From positions 5,750 to 69,749 of the forward strand of contig CANSAJ010000004.1 in assembly GCA_947644695.1 (NCBI GenBank): a DNA stretch of 64,000 bases, written 5' to 3'. Each line of letters opens with the position of its first letter. Position 1 is the stretch's first letter. Shown here piece after piece: positions 8,359 to 17,657 of this stretch. The notes beneath the pieces are model-generated. The model was not told the DNA's origin. It saw only the letters and a program-made list of their open reading frames with translations, and searched no databases. A program made the translations under genes and the position numbers. The DNA is from an uncultured Bacillota bacterium. GTDB taxonomy: Bacteria > Bacillota_I > Bacilli_A > RF39 > UBA660.

Positions 8359-8715
8359 ATGTCAAGGATAGTAAAAAATAAAGAATTGGTAAATACAAGA
8401 TTAGCAACAAATTATGGGGGGTGGATGTATTGTGAAAAGTGTGGCGAAAATATAGGATATTTATGTTATTCAACTTATGATAAGATCGAATTAGATTATA
8501 AATGTAATTGTGGAAATCATGGTAGTGTTTTATTGGATTTTGAAGATAGTAAGGTAGGAAAAAGTAGTACTTCAGAGTTAGTTATGGTGAAAACAAGATT
8601 TTGTTGTCCAAAAGATAATGAGCCTTTAATTACAATACTGGATAAAAAAGTGACTAATTATGATTTGAAGATTACTTGTAAATCTTGTGAAAGTATTTAT
8701 CAGAAGTCAAAATAG
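8359..8715 (+). CDS. Cys-rich protein with two zinc-ribbon-like CxxC pairs
   Basis: CEKCGEN...CNCGNHG and CCPKDN...CKSCES. AGGAGGG lies just upstream of ATG 8359. Confidence 0.5.
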   Translation: MSRIVKNKELVNTRLATNYGGWMYCEKCGENIGYLCYSTYDKIELDYKCNCGNHGSVLLDFEDSKVGKSSTSELVMVKTRFCCPKDNEPLITILDKKVTNYDLKITCKSCESIYQKSK

Positions 8716-8803
8716 AGATTTAACAGTGTGATAATTGATGTTGGGCACCAAAATTGGAAGTTTTCAAAATAATGGGTATAGTATGAATTTGTGAAAGGTT
8801 AGA

Positions 8804-8830
8804 GAGATACTTTGAGAGGAGTGTCTTTTT
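8804..8830 (+). terminator. Hairpin plus T-run; sequence-related to the hairpin at 19013-19040
   Basis: GAGATACTT-N7-AGTGTCTT followed by TTT. The stem needs G:U pairs. Confidence 0.3.
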
Positions 8831-8934
8831 AAGTGAGAAATTATTTTGTAAGTATGTAAGTTTTTTAGCATTATTTAGGCAAACCCAACCGGAAACGTTG
8901 ATAAATGAGCGGTTAATTAGCACGGGTATATAGT

Positions 8935-9100
8935 TATAAGGATAATGATGTTTTAAATAATAAGTTAAATATTACTAATGATTTTTATGAGTCAGAAAAG
9001 AACTCGTTTCTTTAAGAATTTATGAGTTAAATGAAAATCTATTAAAGGGAAATATTAATGAAAGCAATATTTATTTTAAGATGTTTAAAGTATTATTAAG
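8935..9100 (+). pseudogene. Decayed N-terminal fragment of a Fic/DOC-family gene
   Basis: Reads YKDNDVLNNKLNITNDFYESEKNSFL(stop), then after a frameshift SLRIYELNENLLKGNINESNIYFKMFK. This matches the typical Fic N-terminus (vLkNKLgI...E......R..EL...p.kG.fd). The Fic core motif is absent. Confidence 0.45.
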
Positions 9101-9178
9101 TGTAATAAGCTTTGTGAAATGTATTTTAAATTCTAATAAAATAAAGTAGAATAGATTTATAGGTTAGGAAGATGGAAA

Positions 9179-9829
9179 ATGAAATGTGAAAAATGCGGGA
9201 ATATAATTGAAGATAAGTATATTTGGTGTCCAGTTTGTGGTACTAAAAAACCAAAGGGTGTAATAGTTAATAATACTGCTAGTTCTACTCAAGTTGATAA
9301 TAAATCGCAGGAAAATGAAAATATAAGTATATCATGTGGGAAATGTGGTAAAAAAATTAAATTAGGCTGTAATTTTTGTAATAATTGTGGGAATAAATTA
9401 ATAGGTGAAAATATTAGTAGTTATAATGAATCTTTAGTTGTGTATTGTGAGTGTGGACAAAAACTTGAATCAGGATGGAAGTTTTGTTCAAATTGTCAAA
9501 GACCAATCACTGTTGAAATAAGAAATGAAAAAAAGAGTGTTAATGAGAAACAAAATGACGCAAATATATATCTTTTAATATATGCAATTTCTGTTGGTGT
9601 TTATATGTTTGGTGGTCTTATTCCTTTTGTTTCATATAGTTCTTCATTATGCGGATTAGTGGCTTTAGTAACTATTATAACAGGGAAAATAAAATGTCCT
9701 AATAGTGTTATAATTAAAGTATTATTTTGGATTACGATAGTTTATATTATTTGTTTATTTATTTTGATGTTGTGGATGATTGTAGTATGTAATGATATGC
9801 TTGATTCGCTTCAATCTTGTCCAGGGTAG
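9179..9829 (+). CDS. Membrane protein with three N-terminal zinc-ribbon repeats
   Basis: CEKCGN..CPVCG, CGKCGK..CNNCGN and CECGQ..CSNCQ are followed by hydrophobic C-terminal helices. Confidence 0.6.
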   Translation: MKCEKCGNIIEDKYIWCPVCGTKKPKGVIVNNTASSTQVDNKSQENENISISCGKCGKKIKLGCNFCNNCGNKLIGENISSYNESLVVYCECGQKLESGWKFCSNCQRPITVEIRNEKKSVNEKQNDANIYLLIYAISVGVYMFGGLIPFVSYSSSLCGLVALVTIITGKIKCPNSVIIKVLFWITIVYIICLFILMLWMIVVCNDMLDSLQSCPG

Positions 9830-9837
9830 AGGTTATT

Positions 9838-10563
9838 ATGTTTAATACTAAGATATCACTCTATACTATAATGATTTTACTTTCGTTAATTTCTAATATA
9901 ATAGTAGTTATTCTAAGTTATAAAAAATTTAATATTTCTAGAGATGAAATAATTGGAGCATTGGTATATGAAAATGTTGGAATAATTGTAGGTGCTAAGA
10001 TGCTTACTTTCTTACAAAGTTATAGTTCTTATGTTAAATTTGATTTTTTTAGTTTAGGTTTATCATCATATGGTGGAGTAATTGGCGCTATTGTATGTTT
10101 AATAATATTTGCACTACAATTTAGAAAAAGTTTTAAAGATATTTTATTTATTTTTATGCCTTCTATTCCTCTTATGTATGCTTTAGGTAAAGTTGGTTGT
10201 TTTTTGGTTGGTTGTTGCTATGGAATAGAATATAATGGCTTAGGTCATATTGTTTATAGATATTCATTAGCTGCACCTAACGGAGTTAATTTATTTCCAA
10301 TACAAATATTAGAAACATTTTTGTTTATGTTAATATTTATTTATATGATTTACAATATAATAAAAAATGAGTTTAGTTTTAAAACGTTAGGGATAAGTTT
10401 CGTTTTATGTGGTATAGTAAAATTTTTTTTAGATTTTTTAAGAGCAAGTCATATTGGAATTTTTTTATCTTTAAATCAAATTATAAGTATAGTATTTATA
10501 GTTGCTGGAATAATTATAATTAAAAAACAGAAGAATAAGTGGAAGGTATATAGTAAAATGTAA
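9838..10563 (+). CDS. Prolipoprotein diacylglyceryl transferase (Lgt) family membrane protein, probably a paralog
   Basis: Multi-TM protein with LGKVGCFLVGCCYG, resembling the G(R/K).G.F..G...G motif of Lgt. AGAGG RBS precedes ATG 9838. It overlaps the preceding zinc-ribbon gene. Confidence 0.6.
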   Translation: MFNTKISLYTIMILLSLISNIIVVILSYKKFNISRDEIIGALVYENVGIIVGAKMLTFLQSYSSYVKFDFFSLGLSSYGGVIGAIVCLIIFALQFRKSFKDILFIFMPSIPLMYALGKVGCFLVGCCYGIEYNGLGHIVYRYSLAAPNGVNLFPIQILETFLFMLIFIYMIYNIIKNEFSFKTLGISFVLCGIVKFFLDFLRASHIGIFLSLNQIISIVFIVAGIIIIKKQKNKWKVYSKM

Positions 10564-10764
10564 AGATTGTAAAAGCTCTGTGTAAAAGACAATGAAGTAT
10601 TGTCCATATTGTAGTATAGCTTTGAGCTTGGATGTTTTAAAATTTTAAAAAAGCAAAGAACTTTGATGATTAGTGGTGTGATTATTATTTTCGTTTTAAT
10701 TGCAATTTTTAAGTGGAAAGATTGTATTATTTTTTGTCTAGTATTAAAAGAAAAAACTTGCTGA
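10558..10764 (+). pseudogene. Decayed zinc-ribbon plus TM gene fragments
   Basis: KCKDCKSSV(TAA)KTMKYCPYCSIAL is a CxxC-N10-CxxC ribbon broken by a stop. A TM-like piece, LMISGVIIIFVLIAIF, follows in another frame. Confidence 0.3.
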
Positions 10765-10903
10765 AAGAAAGTGAATAAAAAAGTATTTAGTTAAAGACAA
10801 ATTTAAGGAAAATAAAAAAACTTGATGGAGAGGGCATGCTTTAATTGATGATAGATCTTATGTTAAAAAAGTCTTTTATTAAATCATTACCAAACATTTT
10901 TTC

Positions 10904-10932
10904 TTGTGTTTTATTTAATTAAATGTTAGAAT
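10904..10932 (+). promoter_or_regulatory. Possible sigma-A promoter of the jet operon (TTGTGT-17-TAGAAT with TG extension)
   Basis: TGTTAGAAT at 10924-10932, with TTGTGT 17 nt upstream, about 25 nt before ATG 10955. Confidence 0.3.
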
Positions 10933-10954
10933 AATCGCAAGGAAGTGCCAAAAT

Positions 10955-12415
10955 ATGGAAATTTATGAAAAACTTGTTAATCAAATTTCTGAAGTTAAAT
11001 ACTTGTGTACTGAAAATTCTCGTAGATATCGTCCCATAATGAGATGTTTTTTTAATCACTATGAAAGACTTGAGTATTCTTTATATAAAGAAGATGTTTT
11101 TGAAGAATTATGTACAAATGAATTTTTTTATGATTATACTATTAATGAATGTGAAAGAGACCTAGATACTTTAGTGGAATGGATGAGTCTGACTAAAACC
11201 CATGATACTAAAAATGCCACTTCTATAGAAGAATTTAAAAATAAGAAGTTTAGATATCAAATGACTGAGTACGCTATAGAGATCGAAAGACTTGCTATTT
11301 CTCTTGAAGATATGGAAATTAAAACGGCTTCTTTAGAGCCTAAACTTTTTGATCGATTAAGAATGAATATTTCTAAGATGGAAGAAGTAGGTAAATTGTC
11401 ATTAGAAGAAGTGAATGAAGTTTGGAATAATATAAATGATGACTTTACTAAGCTAAATCAAAATTATCAAGATTTTTTGAAAAAGTTTAATGAAGAAAAA
11501 AGCGAAGAACTTATGCAAAGTGTACTGTTTTTACAATTTAAAAGAGATATTGTTAAGTATTTAAGAGAATTTGTTAAAGGATATCAAAAAAATATTTGTT
11601 ATATTAAAGATAGCATCAAAAAAATTAGTAATGCTGATATTAATTTATTTTTAAAAAGTATAGTTGAATATTTAAAAAAGACACCTACAGTTCTTAATAA
11701 TTTTAATTTTGAGTATTTTGAAGAAGTTAATAGAAATAAGATTTATAATATTTTTAAATGGTTTACAGGTACAGAAGTTGAAATGAGTGAAGGGGATAAG
11801 TTAATTGCTGCTACGGATAGTATTATTGTAAAAATAACTAAGTATGCTAATTCTCTTATTGAACTTCATGGTAATTTAACTAATAGAAAAGAAGAGTATA
11901 AGCATCTTTGTAAATTATTTGATAAATTAGATAATGTTAATGAGTGTCATAAATATTCATCTGTAATTTTGGGTATTCATTCTGTTAGACATTATGTTGG
12001 AAATAGTAATATTAATACTGATACTATACCTTGTACTTATGATATACCTTCAACTTCAATTATGCTTTCTTCTAGAACTAAATTTAAAAAAGAGAAAGTT
12101 TTTATGGAGGCTTTAAAAGATAAAAGTGCAGAAAAAAAGAGATTATTAGAAGAGTATAGAAAAGAAGTAGAGGAAAATAAGAGAATTCTTAAAAACTTAG
12201 TTAAGGATAAAAAGATAGAATTAAAAGGGAAAGTAAATTTATCTAAAGTAGAGAGAAGATATATACAAAAGTTACTTGCTTCTTCTTTGAAAAAGGAAAC
12301 AGAGTTTGGACTTACTTACAAAGTAATTAAGCATGATGGAAAGTGCGAAATAAATTCTCCTGATGGTGTTTTTGTAATGAATGAAGTTGAAGTTTTGTTT
12401 GAGGGGGATATTTAA
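10955..12415 (+). CDS. jetA: Wadjet JetA (MksF/kleisin-like; TIGR02677-type)
   Basis: First gene of four overlapping genes of 486, 388, 1359 and 425 aa. That order and those sizes match the TIGR02677/02678/02680/02679 cluster later named Wadjet. The N-terminal YRPIMRCFF motif fits the family as I remember it. Confidence 0.75.
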   Translation: MEIYEKLVNQISEVKYLCTENSRRYRPIMRCFFNHYERLEYSLYKEDVFEELCTNEFFYDYTINECERDLDTLVEWMSLTKTHDTKNATSIEEFKNKKFRYQMTEYAIEIERLAISLEDMEIKTASLEPKLFDRLRMNISKMEEVGKLSLEEVNEVWNNINDDFTKLNQNYQDFLKKFNEEKSEELMQSVLFLQFKRDIVKYLREFVKGYQKNICYIKDSIKKISNADINLFLKSIVEYLKKTPTVLNNFNFEYFEEVNRNKIYNIFKWFTGTEVEMSEGDKLIAATDSIIVKITKYANSLIELHGNLTNRKEEYKHLCKLFDKLDNVNECHKYSSVILGIHSVRHYVGNSNINTDTIPCTYDIPSTSIMLSSRTKFKKEKVFMEALKDKSAEKKRLLEEYRKEVEENKRILKNLVKDKKIELKGKVNLSKVERRYIQKLLASSLKKETEFGLTYKVIKHDGKCEINSPDGVFVMNEVEVLFEGDI

Positions 12416-13581
12416 TGGAAGTTAGAAGTAAAGAATTAAAATATCTTTTAAGTAATTATTGGTGTGTTAAAGAATTTAACACTAAGGAGTATTTTGATAT
12501 AAAAAATAATTTAGATTATTATAGAGAATTTATAAGAGATAAACTTGGTAGTAAGTTAATAGTTAATGATAGGTTTATTAAACTTGAAAAGATTCCATCA
12601 GTTCCTAAAACTTATATGGGAATTCCAAATTTTAATGAAAAGTTAGAGTATGTTTTACTTTTTATAATTTTACTTTTTTTGGAGGATAAACCTAAATCTA
12701 CACAATTTATTTTATCTAGTCTTATTGATTATATTAGTAATACATCTATAAAGTTAGAGATTGATAATGTTCCTAACTGGAATGTTTTACATCATAGAAA
12801 GTGTTTAGTTAACGTTATTAAACATTTATGTTCTGTTGGTGTTATTAAGGCTATAGAAGAAGAAAATTTTGCTGAAGATAGTGCTGCTGAGGCTCTTTAT
12901 GAAACAACTGGATTGTCAAATTATTATGTTAGAGAGTTTAAGGGTAATATTTTAGATTATGAGACACTGGAAGAATATGTTAATGATGAATTTAATAATC
13001 AAAGTATTTTAGTAGGAGATGTTAGGAGATATAAAGTTTTTAGACATTTATTTTATTCTCTTTGTGCATTTAAATGCGATTTAACTATGGCAGAAGAGGA
13101 TTATTTTAAGAAGTTTAGAGGTAGTATTAGTAATGAAATAGGAAAGTATTCATTAAGTGAGTTAGAAATAACAAAAAATATGGTGACATTAGTTAATAGT
13201 AATGAAAGTAGAGAAAAACAAGATTTTCCTAATAATAAAGCGATTAGTGATATAGTTTTACTTTTTAATAATAATGTACTTTCTAAAATAGAATCTGGTG
13301 AAATAAAATTAAATAATGAAGAATGTGCATTTGTTTCAAGAGAAACTGTTGCTAGAATTTTAAAAGAAGTAAGAGAAGACAATGTTATGTATTTTAGTAA
13401 AAATTATAAAGACATGACATTAGATAATTTTATTAGAGAAGTTACTAATTATTTAGTAGAGTATGATTTTGTTAGGAAAAGTGAGTTTGGATATAGTATT
13501 ATGCCAAGTGTTTCTAGATTAATTGGCTATATTCCTAAAGATAGTGAAGTTCAACTTAATTTATTTGGAGGTGAAGAATGA
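12415..13581 (+). CDS. jetB: Wadjet JetB (MksE-like; TIGR02678-type)
   Basis: Called on position and size within the four-gene cluster. Its start overlaps the jetA stop (ATG at 12415). Confidence 0.7.
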   Translation: MEVRSKELKYLLSNYWCVKEFNTKEYFDIKNNLDYYREFIRDKLGSKLIVNDRFIKLEKIPSVPKTYMGIPNFNEKLEYVLLFIILLFLEDKPKSTQFILSSLIDYISNTSIKLEIDNVPNWNVLHHRKCLVNVIKHLCSVGVIKAIEEENFAEDSAAEALYETTGLSNYYVREFKGNILDYETLEEYVNDEFNNQSILVGDVRRYKVFRHLFYSLCAFKCDLTMAEEDYFKKFRGSISNEIGKYSLSELEITKNMVTLVNSNESREKQDFPNNKAISDIVLLFNNNVLSKIESGEIKLNNEECAFVSRETVARILKEVREDNVMYFSKNYKDMTLDNFIREVTNYLVEYDFVRKSEFGYSIMPSVSRLIGYIPKDSEVQLNLFGGEE

Positions 13582-16500
13582 TGAAAAGATTTAGAATTAC
13601 TAAAATAGGACTTTTAAATTTTTGGCTTTATGATGAAGAAGAGTATGATTTTTATGGTGGAAAATTAATTTTAAGAGGTATAAATGGTAGTGGGAAATCA
13701 GTTACTATGCAATCTTTTATTCCTCTTATTTTAGATGGAAATAAAAGTCCTGATAGACTAGATCCTTTTGGTTCTAAAGAAAGAAAAATAGAAGATTATA
13801 TTTTGGGAGACGCTGATGGAGTTCAAAAAGAGGAGTCAATCGCATATTTATATATGGAAACATATTATGAAGAAGAGAATAAATATATAACTATTGGACT
13901 TGGATTTAGAGGGAGAAAAGGAAAGCCAGTGGAATCATGGGGATTTGCTCTTAAAGATGGTAAAAGAGTTTTAAAAGATTTTTATTTATATAAAGATCCT
14001 GTTAATAAGATTCCACTTTCTAAAAATGAACTTAAGAGTAGACTTGGAGATTTTAATGAGTTTACGGATACTATGAAAGATTATAAAGCTATGGTTAACA
14101 GGCTATTATTTGGATTTCCAAATTTAGATGTTTATGATGAATTTATTAAGCTTTTATTACAGTTAAGAAGTAACAAACTTTCAAAAGATTATAAACCTAC
14201 TAATTTAATAGATGTTTTGAATAAAGTTTTACAGCCTTTATCTGAAGAAGATTTAAGACCATTGTCTTTAGCTATAGAGCAAATGAATGGTGCTAAGGAA
14301 AGAATAGAAACTTTAGAAAGTAATTTAAAAAAATTAAATGATTTTTTGAGAGTTTATAGAAATTATAATGAGGCTGTAATTCTTGAAAAAGCAAGAAACT
14401 ATAAGAAAGAAAATGATGAATATAATTTAGAAAAGAAACAACTTTTAGATACAGAAAATGAAATAAATAGTTTGAAAGAAGAATTAGAAAATAAAAATGT
14501 TAGACATGGTGAAGTTTTAGAAGAACTTGATATAAATTTTGAAAATAAGAAACAATTAGATAATACAGATTTAAATAAAAAGGTTGAATCTCTTTCAAGA
14601 ATTAATGAAAGTATTAATGTATTAAATGATAAAGTTAGTGTTTTAGATAAAAATTTAGAAAATGATGAAGAAACTAAACTTGAACTTGATATTAAAATTA
14701 GTGAAGTATCTAATGAGATTTATGGCTTAAAAAAAGATATTACAGATTTGTGTGCTTCATTAAAAGATACTAAAGATGATAGTTATTTTGGTGAAATAGC
14801 GTTTTTTGTGGATGAACTTATGCTTAATATGGATAAAGAATTTTCTTTTGATAGTATTTTTATGTCACTTAGAAGTTATTTAGAGAAAATTAATTTGTTG
14901 ATAACTTATTTTGAAGAACAATCAAAGTTATTTAGTGAGAGTGAAAGTACAAGAATTGAAAGAGAAAAGCTTGAAAGGGATTATAAATTCTTAGAGAGTG
15001 ATATTAAAGGACTTGAGAGTAAACGCAAAGATTCGATTAAAACATGGGAAGAAGATTTTATAAATTTAATAAATAATAATAAATTTTTAAAATTAAGTGA
15101 TTTAAATAAGAAACAGATTTTTGGTTATATTGAAGATTATAGTTTAAGTAATTTTGAAAAAATTGTTAGATTATATAAGTCATGTTCAAATGATTTAATA
15201 AATAATATTATTCGTAATAATTTAATTTTAGATAGTAAGAAAGATAAAAAAAGAGAAGAACTTTCTTTATTAGAAATTCAGTATGATGAAGTTAATAATG
15301 CTGATACTTTAGATCTTCCTACAAATTTAGATACAAACAGAATTCTTGAAGAAAATGGTATTAATAATATACCTTTGTATAAGTGTATTGAATTTAAAAG
15401 TGATGTTAGCGATAATTTTAGAGATAAGATAGAGGCGGCATTATTTAGTTCTAATATTTTGAATGCTAGAGTTATAAATGAAAGTGACTTATCGAGAGTG
15501 AGAAATCTAGATGTTGAAGTTTTATTTCTAACTAAGGCTTCTAAGAAAAAGAATAATTTACTTAAGTATTTTGATGTAAATGCAGATGATGTAAACATTA
15601 ATAAAAAATATATCTGTGAAATTCTAGAAAGCATAAGCGTTAGTGAAGAAGATGAAGTTTCAATTTTAGTAGATGGTATTTCAAAGATAGGCGCACTTAG
15701 AGTAAAAGCTGATAAGAAATATAAGCAAATGTATATTGGTTATAAGAAAAGGCTAGAGCTTAAAAATAAGAAATTAAGTGAACTAAAAGAAAGCATGAAT
15801 TTTATTAAAAACGAAATATCTAAAATTGATGATTTAATTTTGGATGGGAACGCACAAATTTCTGTTATTGAAGAAGAAGAGAGCAATTTACCTAACAATG
15901 ATAATATTAATGAAATAATTGCTAAAATAAATGAATTAAATATTAAGCTTAGTTATAATGATGAAAGACAAAAGGAGTTAGAAAAAGTTCTTTCTTTATT
16001 TGATTTAAAACTAGGTGAGTTAAGGGATAAAATAATGGAAAATAGCAAAGGATTAAGTATTCCGCTTAATTTGGAACAGTATAAGATAGTTTCTAAAGTT
16101 GTTGTCTCTATTAAAGAAAGTTTGCAAGAATTAAAGAATTTACATTCAAATTATGTTAATAAGTTAATAACTATTGAAGGTTTTAAAGAGCGCTTAGATT
16201 ATATTATAAATAATATAGCATTTGTAAAAGCTGAAAGAAATGAAAAAGAGAGAGAATTAAATGTTAATATTGCTTCAAGAGATAAGATAAATGAACTTTT
16301 AAATAGTAAAGAGTATGTAGACGAGAAAGAAAAAATTATAGAATTAGATAGTTTGATTAAAGACCTGTCAAATGAAAAAGAAGACTTGGTTAGAAGTATT
16401 TCTAAATTAGAAGAAAGATTAAAAAATAAAAATGAATTATTTGCTACACTTAAAGAAAGTGTTAACTTTAAAGAAAATCGTTCTAATGTATTTAGAGAAG

Positions 16501-17657
16501 TGTTCTTGAGAGAATATAACTTAGGTTACCTTTATAAGAATGTGGATGACGATATTGATCTAAAAGTTAATAGTGTTATTAGTGATTATGGAAGTAAAAA
16601 GAATATTTCTGTGGTTGAGACTTCAAATAATTTTTGGGCTATGTATAATAAGTATAGTTTGGATTTAGCTGATTATTCGTTTAAAAGTATTACATTATTT
16701 AATGATTACGATGGAGATAATGAAATATTTAAAAAGATATATGATAGTAATGTAAGAATAGATATAACGGCTATGTATCAAGGTGTGTCAGTATCAGCGA
16801 TAGAATTAGCTGATAAGATATATGATGATATTGAAGAAGGAAAATTGCTTATAGATAAAGAAGATAGACATTTATTTGAAGATATTTTACTAAATACTGT
16901 TGGTAATAAGATTAGAGATAGGATACATGCATCAAATGAGTGGGTTAGTAAAATAAATGAAATTATGAGAAAAATGCAAGAAAATAGTGCGCTTAGTTTT
17001 AAGCTTGTGTGGAAAAGTGTTAGTGCAGAGAGCGAAGGAGAATTAGACACTCGAGAAATAGTTAGAATGTTAAAGATGGAACCCGGTCTTTTAAGTGATG
17101 TTGACAGTGTGAAGATAACTAATCATTTTAGAAGTAAACTTAGAAAAGCAGAGGAACTTTATAAGGATAGTTATGTTTCGTTTTATAAGATTGTTGAAGA
17201 TATTTTAGATTATAGAAATTGGTTTTCTTTTATACTTATGTATCAGAGAAAAGGAGATAATTTAAAAGAACTTACTGATAAAACTTTTTCTAAGTTTAGT
17301 GGTGGAGAAAGAGCTAAAAGTATGTATATACCTCTTTTTGCCAGTGTTTTTGCTAAATATAATATGGCAAGAAGTGATGCTCTTAGAATAATCGCCTTAG
17401 ATGAGGCTTTCGCGGGAGTAGATGAAGATAATATTAGAGAAATGTTTGGTATTCTTAAATTTTTAGATATTGATTATATTATTAATTCTCAAGTTCTATG
17501 GGGTGATTACGATACTATTCCCGATATTTCAATATGCGAACTTATTAGACCTGCTAATAGTCAAGTTGTAACTGTAGAAAGATATAGATGGAATGGTAAA
17601 TATAAAGAGATTATTAATAATAGAAAAGAGTATAATGAGGAGTTAGAAAATGCATGA
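13578..17657 (+). CDS. jetC: Wadjet JetC (MksB-like SMC ATPase)
   Basis: 1359 aa. Walker A is LRGINGSGKSVT, followed by about 1000 aa of coiled coil. C-terminal signature FSGGERAKS and Walker B RIIALDEAFAGVDEDN. Confidence 0.9.
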   Translation: MMKRFRITKIGLLNFWLYDEEEYDFYGGKLILRGINGSGKSVTMQSFIPLILDGNKSPDRLDPFGSKERKIEDYILGDADGVQKEESIAYLYMETYYEEENKYITIGLGFRGRKGKPVESWGFALKDGKRVLKDFYLYKDPVNKIPLSKNELKSRLGDFNEFTDTMKDYKAMVNRLLFGFPNLDVYDEFIKLLLQLRSNKLSKDYKPTNLIDVLNKVLQPLSEEDLRPLSLAIEQMNGAKERIETLESNLKKLNDFLRVYRNYNEAVILEKARNYKKENDEYNLEKKQLLDTENEINSLKEELENKNVRHGEVLEELDINFENKKQLDNTDLNKKVESLSRINESINVLNDKVSVLDKNLENDEETKLELDIKISEVSNEIYGLKKDITDLCASLKDTKDDSYFGEIAFFVDELMLNMDKEFSFDSIFMSLRSYLEKINLLITYFEEQSKLFSESESTRIEREKLERDYKFLESDIKGLESKRKDSIKTWEEDFINLINNNKFLKLSDLNKKQIFGYIEDYSLSNFEKIVRLYKSCSNDLINNIIRNNLILDSKKDKKREELSLLEIQYDEVNNADTLDLPTNLDTNRILEENGINNIPLYKCIEFKSDVSDNFRDKIEAALFSSNILNARVINESDLSRVRNLDVEVLFLTKASKKKNNLLKYFDVNADDVNINKKYICEILESISVSEEDEVSILVDGISKIGALRVKADKKYKQMYIGYKKRLELKNKKLSELKESMNFIKNEISKIDDLILDGNAQISVIEEEESNLPNNDNINEIIAKINELNIKLSYNDERQKELEKVLSLFDLKLGELRDKIMENSKGLSIPLNLEQYKIVSKVVVSIKESLQELKNLHSNYVNKLITIEGFKERLDYIINNIAFVKAERNEKERELNVNIASRDKINELLNSKEYVDEKEKIIELDSLIKDLSNEKEDLVRSISKLEERLKNKNELFATLKESVNFKENRSNVFREVFLREYNLGYLYKNVDDDIDLKVNSVISDYGSKKNISVVETSNNFWAMYNKYSLDLADYSFKSITLFNDYDGDNEIFKKIYDSNVRIDITAMYQGVSVSAIELADKIYDDIEEGKLLIDKEDRHLFEDILLNTVGNKIRDRIHASNEWVSKINEIMRKMQENSALSFKLVWKSVSAESEGELDTREIVRMLKMEPGLLSDVDSVKITNHFRSKLRKAEELYKDSYVSFYKIVEDILDYRNWFSFILMYQRKGDNLKELTDKTFSKFSGGERAKSMYIPLFASVFAKYNMARSDALRIIALDEAFAGVDEDNIREMFGILKFLDIDYIINSQVLWGDYDTIPDISICELIRPANSQVVTVERYRWNGKYKEIINNRKEYNEELENA

